Shown: positions 11,313 through 23,285 of the stretch, piece after piece
Position numbering within the stretch: position 1 is the first letter of the stretch
Layout of the letters: each line of letters starts with the position of its first letter
NCBI GenBank assembly: GCA_977016875.1
Contig: CDRNST010000057.1
Span: 2,294,001 to 2,358,000, forward strand
Source of the DNA: Pavona decussata
Lineage: Eukaryota
DNA: 64,000 nucleotides
Direction: 5' to 3'
Position numbers and translations under genes: made by a program
Notes under the pieces: model-generated
Told to the model about the DNA's origin: nothing
The model's input: the letters and a program-made list of their open reading frames with translations, nothing else
Database searches by the model: none

Positions 11313-12901
11313 ATATTATCACCAGTACAGAACTTCGACTGATCCTGCACCACCCAAAGTTGGATCCATAAGAAAATTTGTACGGTTTACCGTTTCGGGT
11401 CTACGACCATAACCGCTCCATGGGAGGGTACCAAACGAACACCGCACTACAAAGTGAGTACAGTGAAAATGGCCAACCGTGCAAATCTTTTTACGGATTC
11501 AAAATGAACCTAGCTCATTATGAGCACAGCCGTGGAGTTAAAATGCCTCGAGACGTCAATCAAGGGGCAAATTGAAAGTCAAACAGAAGAGATTTAAAAA
11601 CAATTAAAGGAAATCCAAGCAAGTATCTCGAAAAACGGTACCGCTTGCGTTATGTCCGAAAGAAATTAAAAAATAATAATAATAAATGATCATTGCAACA
11701 CGTCAACAACAAAAACATTTCATTGTTGTCCTGGAAAAATATTCTGAATACTCAACGAAACTTACTTTGTCGAAATCTCAGGTAACGTAGATAATAATGT
11801 GATGCTTCACAGAAGGACCCTCATTGGAAGGAAGAGTCAAGGTGTTTGAACAAAGTTTCACCACAACACACATTGCAAGAAGCTCATTTGTTGTTTATTC
11901 GGAGGACAACACCAGGAATACAAAACGTCCAAAGTCGAGGCAGTGACTTAAGTTACACTACTTCAATTTTCCATTAAGCCTTTAAAATATAGCTAACTTC
12001 TTTTGGAGATTTTTCATTCACGAATGTTATATTTCCTGTAGAAAAAAATAAAAAAAAGACCCGACACTTCTTTGAGTTAAAACCTTAACCATCTTCACTT
12101 TCTAGAATTACTAATGAATAATATTACCAGGATCATTACCCAGATTTAATTCCAATTCGTGATTTTCATGTTTTATCTAGAATTATTTCAAAGTCGACCT
12201 TAAACAATGAAGAAACAAGATTGCAAACGGATTGCCATGGGAAAAAAGTATCAAGTATGCAATGCATCAATTATGCAGCTTGATATATCACATCCTTGTC
12301 AATTTATTGAGACTTTACAATAATGAAGATGGTTAATTAGGATCAAACCAAAACATGCTTGGGTCTATTTGAAGAATCGTGGTGACTTTCTGAGAAATTA
12401 AATCATTATTGTTTCTATTTTACTAAAAGAATAAAAATAACATGCATGCAAAAACTTTTTACAACTACAAAACTGTAAAAATAACAGTTAAGCTCTTTTA
12501 GGGAGATATACACATTTAAGGGTCCCAAACCAAGTATTTATAACTTAAAGGGATAATAAATAGGAACTGGTTAAAAGGTGACTTTCCCTATAAAAAAATG
12601 GAAGGAACCCATGTGCCTATACAGCCCCATAGACAATATTTAAAGCTAGTAACACACAGCCAAGCTGTTACATCGTGACTGAAATGCAAACTACAATAGT
12701 GAACAACCAACTACTCTTAAATCCAATTTAGCCTAAAATTACTAAATAGCATTATTTTACTGTTAATACAATCAATAATAATTATTATTATGCTGTGTCC
12801 AGTATTGGACACAATCTTAAATCAATTCTCATTCACCCCCACATTACCAACAAGAGGATAATAATAGTGACATGTAGACAGGACAATATTATTACCTTTA
12901 G

Positions 12902-15900
12902 TTATGACTCAGGCTCTTTTGGATACAAGGTGTCCAGAAGCTCATCAACATTGTTTAAAACTATGTCAGCCTCTTGTTCAAGGAAATTTTGATTACCAGC
13001 CCCACTAAGAACACCAATAGTCATCCCCAACCCTGCTGAGCGACCCATTTTGGTGTCGGCAACAGTATCCCCAATGATAACAGTTTGACTTGGGCAAACT
13101 TTCAAGTCTTCGCAAATTCCAAGAGCAGTTTCTGGGTGGGGTTTAGGCTTAGTATCCGTGTCATCCCCGCAAACTATTTTGTCAACCATGTGCATGAGGC
13201 CTAGTCTGTCAAGAGCTGACAGAGTACCTTCACGACTGTCTGTGGTGCAGACAGCAGTCTTTACCCCTTTTGCCCTAAGAGTTTCAAATATTGCTGGGAG
13301 ATCACCAAGGGGCTCCAAAGTATCGTGCCCACCACTGTCGAAATCCTTGCAGCAGTTGTTAACCAATCTCTGCGCTTTCTCTCTGTTCACCCCTTCCCTA
13401 ACCAGAACCGAGACAAACGCCTCCCTGATTTCAGCTATAGTGGCATGGGCTAGTAGACCTCCATCAGAGTAGACACGTTTCTTCGGACAGAACCCCACTT
13501 CTTTGTACATTTTATCAGCCAGATCAAGCCCAGTTGCTTCTTGAAGTTCACGCACATGGCTCTCCATCCATGGGATCCACACAGTGTTGACGTCAATCAA
13601 GGTTCCGTCTTTGTCAAATATGACAAGAGATGGATCCCACTCGGGCATAGATGATCCAGAGCTCTGCCCATCACCAGCAAGGGATGAGAAACATGCTGCA
13701 CAACCACCACGTCGAGGAAGCAGTGGTCTTGCCCAAGGGGCATTACCTACAGGAGGCAAGTTACATTAGAAAAACAAACAGGGGGGGAAGGGAGGAATTT
13801 GCGCCACAAATTTACATTACACAGTGGATTCATTTTAGCCAAATTTTCTCAGGATTTGCACAAGGTGACAGCAAATTTACAAACCTAAAACAGAGTTGTG
13901 TAGAGTAATTTAACATAGTGAAAAACGTTGGTGAAAACTACTGTTTCACATGAAGAACCCTAATAATGCGAACATTTTGCAAAACATTTCCACTACAAAT
14001 GTAAAGTATGTACTGCACTGTGGGTTAAGCATGTTCCTGACCAGCTACAGGCCAGTTCTTTAAACACATAATTCCTCCCAGCATATTGTCAGGTGACCCT
14101 ATTAATTCGCTCAGGGCAAAAGCTTTCCACTCGCCCACGGTCCCTTCTGAAAAAAGTCGAGTTGAATTTTCCATTTTCGAGGTATTTTTTGCCCGCCCAT
14201 AAACACAGCATGCTATTAAATGTAGTGAACAAATTTTTCAACGTTTTATGTAAATTTGGGGCTTTCTGTTAGCCACACAAACAAGAGTTTAGCAATTTAA
14301 TCTTCACTATTTAACAAACAACAAGTGCCTTTCCCTTTTAGACAACCAAAATCCAAGTGGCACTTATCAAATGAACTAGTGGAATGAAATTAATGTTCTT
14401 TGACCTCCTTGATGGAATCATTGATTAAAAAAAAACACACACACACACACACACAAAGTGCTTTTGTTAACAATGGCAAACTTTCTACGAAAGGGAAAGT
14501 AATGTACATCACAAGCTAAATGGTATCGCAGAGATAACAATGCTTGCGTTTGAATGTGGCAGGAGGAAAACCATACTAAAGGCATCCTGTCTCTAGAAGT
14601 AGCCCAATTGACTACATTGCCAACCATGAAAACCTTTGAATACCTTTCTGCATATGACCCTGTCTCCACAGGTCCTTGTCAATAAATGGCTGTTTCAATG
14701 GCGATGTTCTAACTGTTTGTTCTGCTGAGGGTGGAGGGCCAAATAGCTTGTTGTAATCATAACCATCATTGCATTGCCTGTTGACAGTTACATGTCAGCA
14801 CCAAATAACAAATGGCCTTCAACAAGCATGGCTTGCAGGCCTACTGACAGTATGCATACTTTACTAACAAGGTATAAACAAACCATAACATAACAATCTC
14901 AAGTGAATATAAAAAATGTTGAGGTTATTCAAGAGAAAGTTCCAAAATTCAGCTGGCTATTTCGGTTACTAGCGGTTCCTTATCCATCATTCTTGTCCAG
15001 ATCATGTTACACATAACAGCCCAAGTTAAACTTGCAGACCAAATTGTTGTTGTTGGTTCTGTTTTTGTTATTTTGAATTTTTACCTTGAACCAATTTCAA
15101 ATCTGGACTTTTTTTTACTAGAGGTTGTTATACTTAACAAGATCATAAAATTAATGATACTTACCTGGCATTCCTTATTTTTAAATTTGTATCTTACATT
15201 ACTTTACATTAGCACAGTGCTTTGATAGTGCCTTCCAAGGATTACTATGGTGTTTAAGCCTGCTAGTTCTAAGATGCCTGGCTTCAAATTATGGTTTAAA
15301 TCTTGCCTCAATGTTACATACATTGGTGAAAATTACTAAAAGTGTTTACAACAAAATGTTCAGTGATATGTAACCACACACCATACACCTGTTGAAATTA
15401 CAAATAGTTTACACTTCTTTAACAATGCATTATGGTGCGTATCACAGTGAACAGGGCTTTCATCAAGTGCTAGTGATGTGCAATTGTGCCAGCTCAGTGG
15501 AAGGCGAAACTTCTTCAAATTCCGTTCAAGCCTGAATTTTTTCAGGTTTTTCTTAACAGTCTGGTTGCATATATAACTGTGAGAACCTTTTCTTATTTTA
15601 AACTTCTTCAGTCAGGAAATTCTCAGGGTACTAGATCTTACTAAAAGCCCTGACCATGATTTTACAATATCTACAGAAACCAAATGAACTGTACATGTAA
15701 ATCTTTTACAAAGTTAACAGAATTTCAATTTAAAAGCACATTTTCTCCTCTGAGGATCTTGAGCAGGAGGGAATTGAAACATACCATGGTTTACCTAGGA
15801 AAATTTTAAAGTGAAAAAGTCTGTGAGAAATTGCAGCCATTATTAAGCAATCAATGAGTGAGTAGTTACTGGTAAAAAGGTAGAAGTCAAAAGAGCAACA

Positions 15901-17517
15901 TTTATCTTCCCAGCCTTATGTCAAGAAAAGTTTAAGGTTTAATGTTTCAGAGTTTTGCCTCAACATTGACGAGCCACATTCTCTAGTCAATGAGGATATT
16001 ACTTGAAAAGCAGAACTTTGCCACAAAGTGAAAATTGTATCTACTAAAATTTAGAAGACTTCTTGGTAAGTTTTGGATGCTCTAGATGTTAGGATTGCAT
16101 CAAAAGACAACAGAAAGACATAATTCACACCACTCTTGCAAAACTTGCACTAAAAAGAGTAAAATTAAATTCTTGCATTAACATTTTTTTCTAATTGTCA
16201 AATCATGTCTGTCCAACATTTTCCATTGTTTGTCAAGCTTTGTGTTACTTAATACCTCAAGGTGAACATTCTGTGTCGAGTGAGTTAGGGCGAATTTTAA
16301 ACCTTCGTTGCATTCAACATCCTGGTGATTAGCAGTGAACCCAAGATAAAGAATCACCTGAAAGCTACAAGCAGTATGCATGATTTAACATTTTGACCTT
16401 TAAGTCATGATCTACAACATACCGTGATGACTGCGCCACAATGACAACCTCCCCTTCATGGTTTGTACCAAAGCCTAGCCTTTCATGCCACAGTCCTTGA
16501 GCCTGAATTCCTGTCAACATGCAAACAACAAGTTAACAACAACTTTTGAGTAACAGTAAGAATAGAATGGCTTCAGTTGGGAAAAGGAGTGCATTTTTGT
16601 TGCCATGCAACCTTTCAGTTCATACATTTTTAGCCTAAATGGCCACTTCTCATAAAATCCCTTTTTGGCACACATAACAGAAAGTCCCCCGGCTACACAT
16701 CTTCTGACAAGACAGAAAATGCAAATCACTGATGCCACTAGTCATTGGCATCTATGAAAATAATGGATCACTTTCTGGATACGGTATTTTGTAATTTGAA
16801 ACTCATTTGATCTCCACTTAATAGACTCTAAAGTCCAATTTCAATTCAGATTTCAAAGCATATTTAAGGGATGACAGCTTACAATCTCAGAATAATAGCG
16901 AAGTCAAATTGAGAGCAACATGTGTATTCATGAGTATGTCAATCTCATTTCCTTTCCTGACAAGTGTCACCCAGAATTGCATTTTCAATAGCCCATATTC
17001 ATATTCTTGGTAATGAACTGGATCTAACTTTCAATGGAGGCTCTTGGACAGGAATATATTAAAAAAATATATGAAAAGATTGACACACTTAAGCCTCGTG
17101 TGCAAGATAGTTCTAGTTTAATACGGAGAATACTGATATGGTCTATTCTCAAGCGAAAAAAAATATATGTGCTGCTGTATAACCCTCATAGGTACAGCCA
17201 AACTGATAAGCTGAAGTGACACATTTTTCATTTCCCTGATACAAAATTAATTTACATCTGCCCCTTGACCATGAAATTGAACAGCTCAAATATGCTAACA
17301 AATAAACAGAAAATGCTTTCTCCAGGAAAACAAGGTACAGCTGAGGTCTCAGTCTAATTTTGGACTTAATATTGAGTAACTTTTCCTCACACAAAGGCTC
17401 TAAGATTATTTTATTACCTGTAAACGTAGGCTGTGTTTTCAAGTGCATTTTCTTGACACATCTGCTGTGCACTTGAAGAAGGCCGGAAAGTTTTCTTGTG
17501 CAGCCACGAAGAGCCAT
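12902..17517 (-). CDS. HAD-superfamily (subfamily IA-like) phosphatase with N-terminal mitochondrial-type presequence, about 388 aa
   Basis: Exons 17517-17418, 16510-16423, 14777-14644 and 13746-12902 join in frame (1167 nt). HAD motifs: I FDKDGTL, II CTTDS, III KPKPHP, IV GDTVAD. The N-terminus MALRGCTRKLSGLLQVHSRC is basic and has no acidic residues. A non-coding exon donor (GAG|GTAAGT) lies near 18321. Confidence 0.88.
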
Positions 17518-20118
17518 CTTGAAAATTTAACTAGGCAAAATTAAAGCTGGAATATGAATGAGAAACAAGAAAACCAGGTTTAGCAAACACTAACAACAAA
17601 AATAGAACGAAAAGTTTGAAGCAGAGGAAGTAAAGAGAACAGTGGAAATTTTTGCTTGTCAAATCTGTCAAATGTTTTCAACAGTGAGCTTTATGTCCAC
17701 AATCATTTGTTAAAAAAAATATCTGAAACAGGGAACCAAACACTGTGTCCTAGTAATTTTACTAAAGCAATACATGGCTGCTCTGTGAGAATTTCAAGAC
17801 TTCAAACGCAATTGTTTCCCTAAAGTATTTAAATAACCGCAAATTTGCATAAAAATTATACTTGCGTGCAGGTTTGACGCCGAAAGATTTTTTTCTAGTT
17901 CCCATGCAAAACGAAACATCAAATACACATATCCACACAGAAAATACTTCATGGCAAAAAGAAACTTCTAAGGTATCCGATACTACAGCAAACTTTACAT
18001 TCGCGCGCTTAATTTCGTTCAATGATTGGGATATGACCTTGATCTGAGAACGACGAATGTAACAGGGCTAGATCTAGACAAGGCTTAAACGCTCCGTCAA
18101 TATCACAAAAATGTTGTGAAATGATAGGATAACCAGCAAAACTATTATCTCTAAACATAAAATAACTCGAGATAAAAAATAAAATAAATTCCGCTAATAA
18201 TTTGGCCGGGAGCGGCAAGACCGGCCCGCTATCAAAGTCCGACAGAACACGACTCTCGGCTAGTTTTTACGTTTATATGCCATATCTTTTTCAGAAAACA
18301 AAAAAAACCATCTGAACTTACCTCGGCCTTAGGATATAAGCGAAATAACGTTGAACGCCCGGTTTTATGTCCTCCTTTCCACTCGAAATCCTTTCACCAC
18401 TTTCCGCCATGAAAGTGATAACAGGAAGGTGTAGGCTCATTAATTTATACTGGCAGATTAATCACGTGTTATTTCGTCATAAAACTGGTTTTTCCTGCTG
18501 TCTCGTAGCGCTAGTCACCACGCGCGCTCGTGAGAGTGAAACCACTGTCCACGTGAAATTTTATTCTTGACCTGGGATCGGGAAGCGCGGGGGAGGGGTT
18601 TAGGCAATTTTTTTTCTTCCCCAACTTTTGTGAGCTTCACAACAAAAAGCTTCAAACTAATTTCCTTTCAATAATTTGAACGACTATTTTCCTTCAGTGA
18701 CTCTGCGGGATTTTTCTGATATATATGGATTCCCTTAACCCCACCCTTAGTCTGAAAAATGTCAAAAAATAAAATGGTCCTTCCCCAAGGCTGTTTGTTT
18801 CCGAATTTTTTCGTAAGTTTTCAAATCACAATATATATTCAAATGCTTAAAAGGCGTTTAAGGCTTTGATGTCTGAATGACTCACTGTTCCGATACACTT
18901 TTCCCGAGAACTTGTTGATGAATTGGAAAACTAGTGACACGAGGCCCCGCACCATGTACCATGGCGTAATGGATCGATCGGCATGACATCGAGAGTCAAA
19001 TATTTTCAGTATTTTGCCGGCTCTGTTTTCGTTTCGCAATCGCCCCAAGCTCACGTGTCGAAATTTTACTACAAAAATTTACAACCAAGTAAATGAACTT
19101 TAGATAAGTGTGATGTACAGTTGAACCCCGGCCTAGCGGCCAGTAACACAAGTCCCTGAACTATAGCTATTGTTAGCACTGTATAGCTAATGAAGCGGCC
19201 AGGGCCACCTTTTGGCCGTCCCGATGAGGGTTTTCCTATTGTTTTTACCGCGTCCATCAATAATTTGATGCAGGTAGTTTGGCCTTGTTTTGAAAAATCC
19301 GCAGATGCGGGCGTATGAGTGTGACAAGTGATAAAAACATTCACACACACGTTTACTATCCTTTCTTGCGTCCTCTTGAATTCCTTTGTCACTACGCTAA
19401 GTACAGTCTAGATGATAATCTTTTGACTTTGTGGCAATAAACTCTGTAAGCCATAACAACCAACATATCATGATGAAATGATCTAATTTACGCGTTGAAG
19501 CTACGTGTTCCACAGTAACAGTCGCGTTTGCAGGACCGTCTTTTTTAAAGTAACGCCGCTCTCTGTTTACGGACATTTTTTTTGGCCTTTTCATAATTAT
19601 ATCGGGAAGTAAATATTAACGATAAAATCGGACGACGTTTCGGAGTCGTCATCACACCATTTTTCTGATCATTTTGAACTTTTCACTTTGAAATTGAAAA
19701 TGGTTAGATTTCTCAAACTCAAAGTCCAATCTTTCGGCGCATAAGAATGTAGACGATCTTGCATGCCCAATCTTGAAATTTCAAGATTACGTAACTTACA
19801 CGTAATCAGCGTAACTCACGAAATTGGACCCCTTTATTACAAGATTTCCCTCAGAGGACTTGTGCTACAGTATTCAGTTCTAAAAGATACAATCAACTGT
19901 CTCTTAACGGACACAGACTGACCAGTTTGTCACTGCAGTTTTTTTTTTTTTTTTGGTGTTTTTTCTAGTGAAAGAAATGTACATGCTGAATATTATAACA
20001 AATTACGATTTGGACAAGCCAAACTAAATACTCTGGATACGATTAAAATAATTCAAGAACCCCGGGTCAAGAACACACCAATCTGGATGCTTGCGGCTTT
20101 TGGGCTAGCAGACCCATA

Positions 20119-21606
20119 CTACTCTTGAGGTCGCTTGCGACCAGCTTTCTTGCATTTTCGTTGCCGTATCCCACAAATTGTCTTGATGTTACAATTTCTC
20201 TTGATATGCGAGTAGTAGGACAAAAAGCGCCTTAGCCTACAGTACATGTGGCCATCACAAGCGGGCATTGGTACAGCGGCTTCGTTAACAAACAACTGTA
20301 CGTTTATCTGAGATGCACGGAATGCCCTGTCATTGCTGCTGGGTTTGTGACACTTTCCTTTGCAATCGCTCTCTTCTTCAATATCACCATTACTTTCGCT
20401 CTTGGCACTCTCGTCTGTGCAATTGTACAGCACAAACGCAACGTTTCCGGCCATGGGTACAACATCAGAGATTCGGAATGTCCGGTTAGCTTGCTGGTCA
20501 AAATTATCCGCTCGGGGTGGTGGAGTGTCGTTATAGAGTCCCAACATAGTTAGAAGTGGAATCACAGTTCCCGTATGTGCAAACCGAAAGACCCCATAAG
20601 GCTTTCCGAATTCAAGGAATCTTTCAAAGCTATCTGTAATTTCCCCATAGAGGGGACAACTCATTTTGTAATTGATTTCACGACCATAGCTTCGATCCCA
20701 GTAAAGCTTTAAGTCATTGAGATATTCCAAAACTTTCAAATCTGCCTCTTCGAACAGTGCGCACCAACTTGCATCCGCGCTGTCGGTCTGAACACCAAAT
20801 GCGCACATCAAAAACATCTCCACGGCCCAACTAGGACGGAGCGAAAACTTTTTGCCCAATTTCAGTCTATCAGAGATATTTTGGAGAACTTTGCGCATCT
20901 CCGGGCCTTTCATAAATTTGGTAGACTCTGACTTCCCTCCAGCGTTGCTTTTTGCAGTAACCTTTTGCCATTTAGGGCACGCTTCAAATATTCTCAAAAC
21001 ATTGTCATTGTCGTACGTCCCCGAGAATTTCACGGCCACTGGTTGATATTTTCCGGTACCCAAATGTCCGTTGCCTTCGAACAGACCTTGAGCGAACGCA
21101 ACTGCACTCTGGCTCGATCTCAGCTTGTCAGTCGCAACGAAGCTGTAGTTGGTGTTAGAGTAGCTATGCTTTAACACGCCATGGAACTTCGACAAGAAGC
21201 GCTTTGCAATGGAGTACATCTCCTCCAACCCCAATGTAGACATCTCTTTATCTGCGGAGTCTAGGATATCGGCTGGTATGTCCCAAGGAAGAGAAAGACC
21301 CTTGTAGCGAAGAGTAGAATTGTTTGGCAAGAATCGGTTGATCTCTTTCAGCAATGCTTTCATTTTCCTCACGCGAGTGCTTCCCGGATACCTTGATCCG
21401 TGTCGTATCACCATGCTGATGTGAATTGGTTCGCATCCCGGCGGTTTGTCGATGGATTTAGGAGTGAAATGGTACGGTGTTTTGTCACTGAACAAGAATT
21501 TTTCAGTTGAGTTGGAAGTTTCCGATGCCCAGTCATGTTCTGAACAGAAAACGAGCGGCAGAATGAAAATAGTGATGAGCTTAGCCGATAAGGTGGCCAT
21601 TTTCAT
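20119..21606 (-). CDS. MINPP1: Multiple inositol polyphosphate phosphatase 1-like histidine phosphatase (clade 2), single coding exon, signal peptide
   Basis: 495-aa ORF with an N-terminal hydrophobic signal, FSDKTPY, the RHGSRYP catalytic motif, WCALF, LEYLNDLKLYW..SYG, VVPMAGNVAFVLYNC and VQLFVNE. These are all MINPP1-family features. Confidence 0.9.
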   Translation of the reverse strand: MKMATLSAKLITIFILPLVFCSEHDWASETSNSTEKFLFSDKTPYHFTPKSIDKPPGCEPIHISMVIRHGSRYPGSTRVRKMKALLKEINRFLPNNSTLRYKGLSLPWDIPADILDSADKEMSTLGLEEMYSIAKRFLSKFHGVLKHSYSNTNYSFVATDKLRSSQSAVAFAQGLFEGNGHLGTGKYQPVAVKFSGTYDNDNVLRIFEACPKWQKVTAKSNAGGKSESTKFMKGPEMRKVLQNISDRLKLGKKFSLRPSWAVEMFLMCAFGVQTDSADASWCALFEEADLKVLEYLNDLKLYWDRSYGREINYKMSCPLYGEITDSFERFLEFGKPYGVFRFAHTGTVIPLLTMLGLYNDTPPPRADNFDQQANRTFRISDVVPMAGNVAFVLYNCTDESAKSESNGDIEEESDCKGKCHKPSSNDRAFRASQINVQLFVNEAAVPMPACDGHMYCRLRRFLSYYSHIKRNCNIKTICGIRQRKCKKAGRKRPQE

Positions 21607-22761
21607 TGGGAGTACCTGTAACCATACACCGTCTCAAAGTTCTGCTTTCAGTCACGAAATTTGATAATTTACTGCTAGGATCAATTTTACACTGGCAGTT
21701 TTATACCGTGCTCTGCAAGGAAATAAAACTTGGCGTGGGTGTCAGCCGTCTTTAATTCCACGGTCTTCCAAGAACTTTTTCTAAGAACTTCATCTCCCTA
21801 CGGCTATTGTAACGTCCTCCTCTTTTCTGTGCAAACTAGTATTATCACTGACACACACAGCTACCTTCATCATCAATCTTCACATCCTCGGCACTGCAAA
21901 GAAGGTCTCCCCCGCAGTCAACTTTTACGACTTCGGCGTCTGTGCTCTGACGACTCTGATTTTCTGGAGAGGGGCAAGGAGATGATCACTTTTTTCGTTC
22001 AAAGAGGGTATTGTGCCGCCTCTCTACAGCGTGATCTTGACACGATCCAGCGGGTCAACCGTACTGGGGTCATCCACCATCAAGACTCCGCAAGTAGAGA
22101 GCCAAGCAGAATTCCCTTGGTTCTTACCTACCACCCTTTAAACGAAAGAATCAAGAGAATCCTGCTGCGCAATTTCAGCATTTTATCTGGCGACCCTGAA
22201 ACTAGTGAAATATTTCCTCAGCCGCCGCTGGTTGCCTATCGCCGTGATCGTAACATCCGCGACATTTTAGTGCATACAACCGCTAACAGCCAACCTGATC
22301 CTCATGTGGGAACTTCTCCATGCACGCACGCCCGCTGCCGTACCTGTGACCATATTTCTCCTGACACCACGCTGCAGGGTCCCAAAAGCTCGTTTGTCAT
22401 CAAAGAAGCTTTCAACTGTCGAACAACCGGCTTAGTGTATGGTATCTCTTGCCGCCGTTGCCCTGCTATTTACATCGGCGAAACTGGCCGCACGCTAGGG
22501 CAACGCTTCGGTGAACACCTACGCAGCATTGAGAAGAACCTGCCGGGCTTTCCCGTCGCAGAGCATTTTAATACAAATGGCCACACTATCCAGGACGCAA
22601 AAGTCCGTGGAATTATGCTCTGCGACGGAAACAAGCAACGAAAGCGTCAGGAGATGCGCCTTATTTTCAGACTAGGCACCAGTCAGCTGCGCGGAATGAA
22701 CTCCGATATCCGATATCTTTAGGTCGTCACGCGCACATCGCGCGCGCACGTTACAACTTTA

Positions 22762-23114
22762 CGGTCAACCCAGGTCACGCGTGAACGATATTTTTGAAAT
22801 TTGAACGGAGTTTTGAAATTTACATGTCAGTTTTGAAAATCGCCAACGAGATTTCAGAGTTCCCGTATAAATTTCCCTAGCTTATTGACGGTATGAAGCT
22901 ATGAATTTTTCTTTACATCGCAAAATTGAATATTTAAAGAATAACAATTGTTTCCCAAATATTTTGAATCTTTTTTTAAAGTTAATGCGTCTTTTTCGGA
23001 ACGATTTCCAGAGAAATGTCCAACATTCCATTCACACGTCGGACATTACAAAGAGAAATTCGAATGTTCATTTCATTCTTGGAAATACTGTTCACGCGTG
23101 ACCTGGGTTGACTG
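22762..23114. mobile_element. MITE (Tc1/mariner-like, TA target) nested in the Penelope 3' region
   Basis: TIRs C(G/A)GTCAACCCAGGTCACGCGTGAAC at both ends, each flanked by TA. Confidence 0.8.
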
Positions 23115-23160
23115 TAAATCTGACTTCATAGCGCAAGCCAGCTTTTTAACGTAAATCTTT

Positions 23161-23197
23161 TTCCACTGATGAAGGGCTAAGCCCGAAACGTCTGGAA
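23161..23197 (+). ncRNA. Minimal type I hammerhead ribozyme (Penelope-associated)
   Basis: Sequence TTCCA CTGATGA A GGGC TAA GCCC GAAA CGTC TGGAA. Stem I is TTCCA/TGGAA, the core is CUGAUGA plus GAAA, stem II is GGGC/GCCC, and a palindromic ACGT replaces stem III. Predicted cleavage is after GUC at 23192. Confidence 0.88.
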
Positions 23198-23285
23198 TAA
23201 TTTCTACATATTGGCACTGAACACTCGTCTTCGAGAACTATATTTTACCTTTCCCTTTTTATAAGTACAAGTGCCACGCAGCTAA

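Larger units (their letters stand above)
21847..23260 (+). mobile_element. 5'-truncated Penelope-like retroelement (Neptune-type): RT thumb, Cys-rich linker, GIY-YIG endonuclease and 3' pLTR with hammerhead
   Basis: The frame is open to the stop at 22722. It encodes TDTHSYLHHQSSHPRHCK..QLLRLRRLCS (RT thumb), IPLVLTYHP, CTHARCRTCDHI (Neptune-type Cys linker) and VYGISC..C..IYIGETGR.L..RF.EH (GIY-YIG). The ORF call upstream of about 21847 is read-through into host DNA. The 3' boundary is approximate. Confidence 0.9.

Noticed and set aside
15158-15171. U1 snRNA 5' end (ATACTTACCTGGCA)
   Set aside because: Similarity stops after about 14 nt, with no U1 stems or Sm site. It is the reverse complement of a consensus splice donor.
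21730-21846. N-terminal part of the 330-aa ORF as a host-TE fusion protein
   Set aside because: The start is TTG and the segment is antisense to the MINPP1 upstream region. Homology begins only at the truncation point near 21847.
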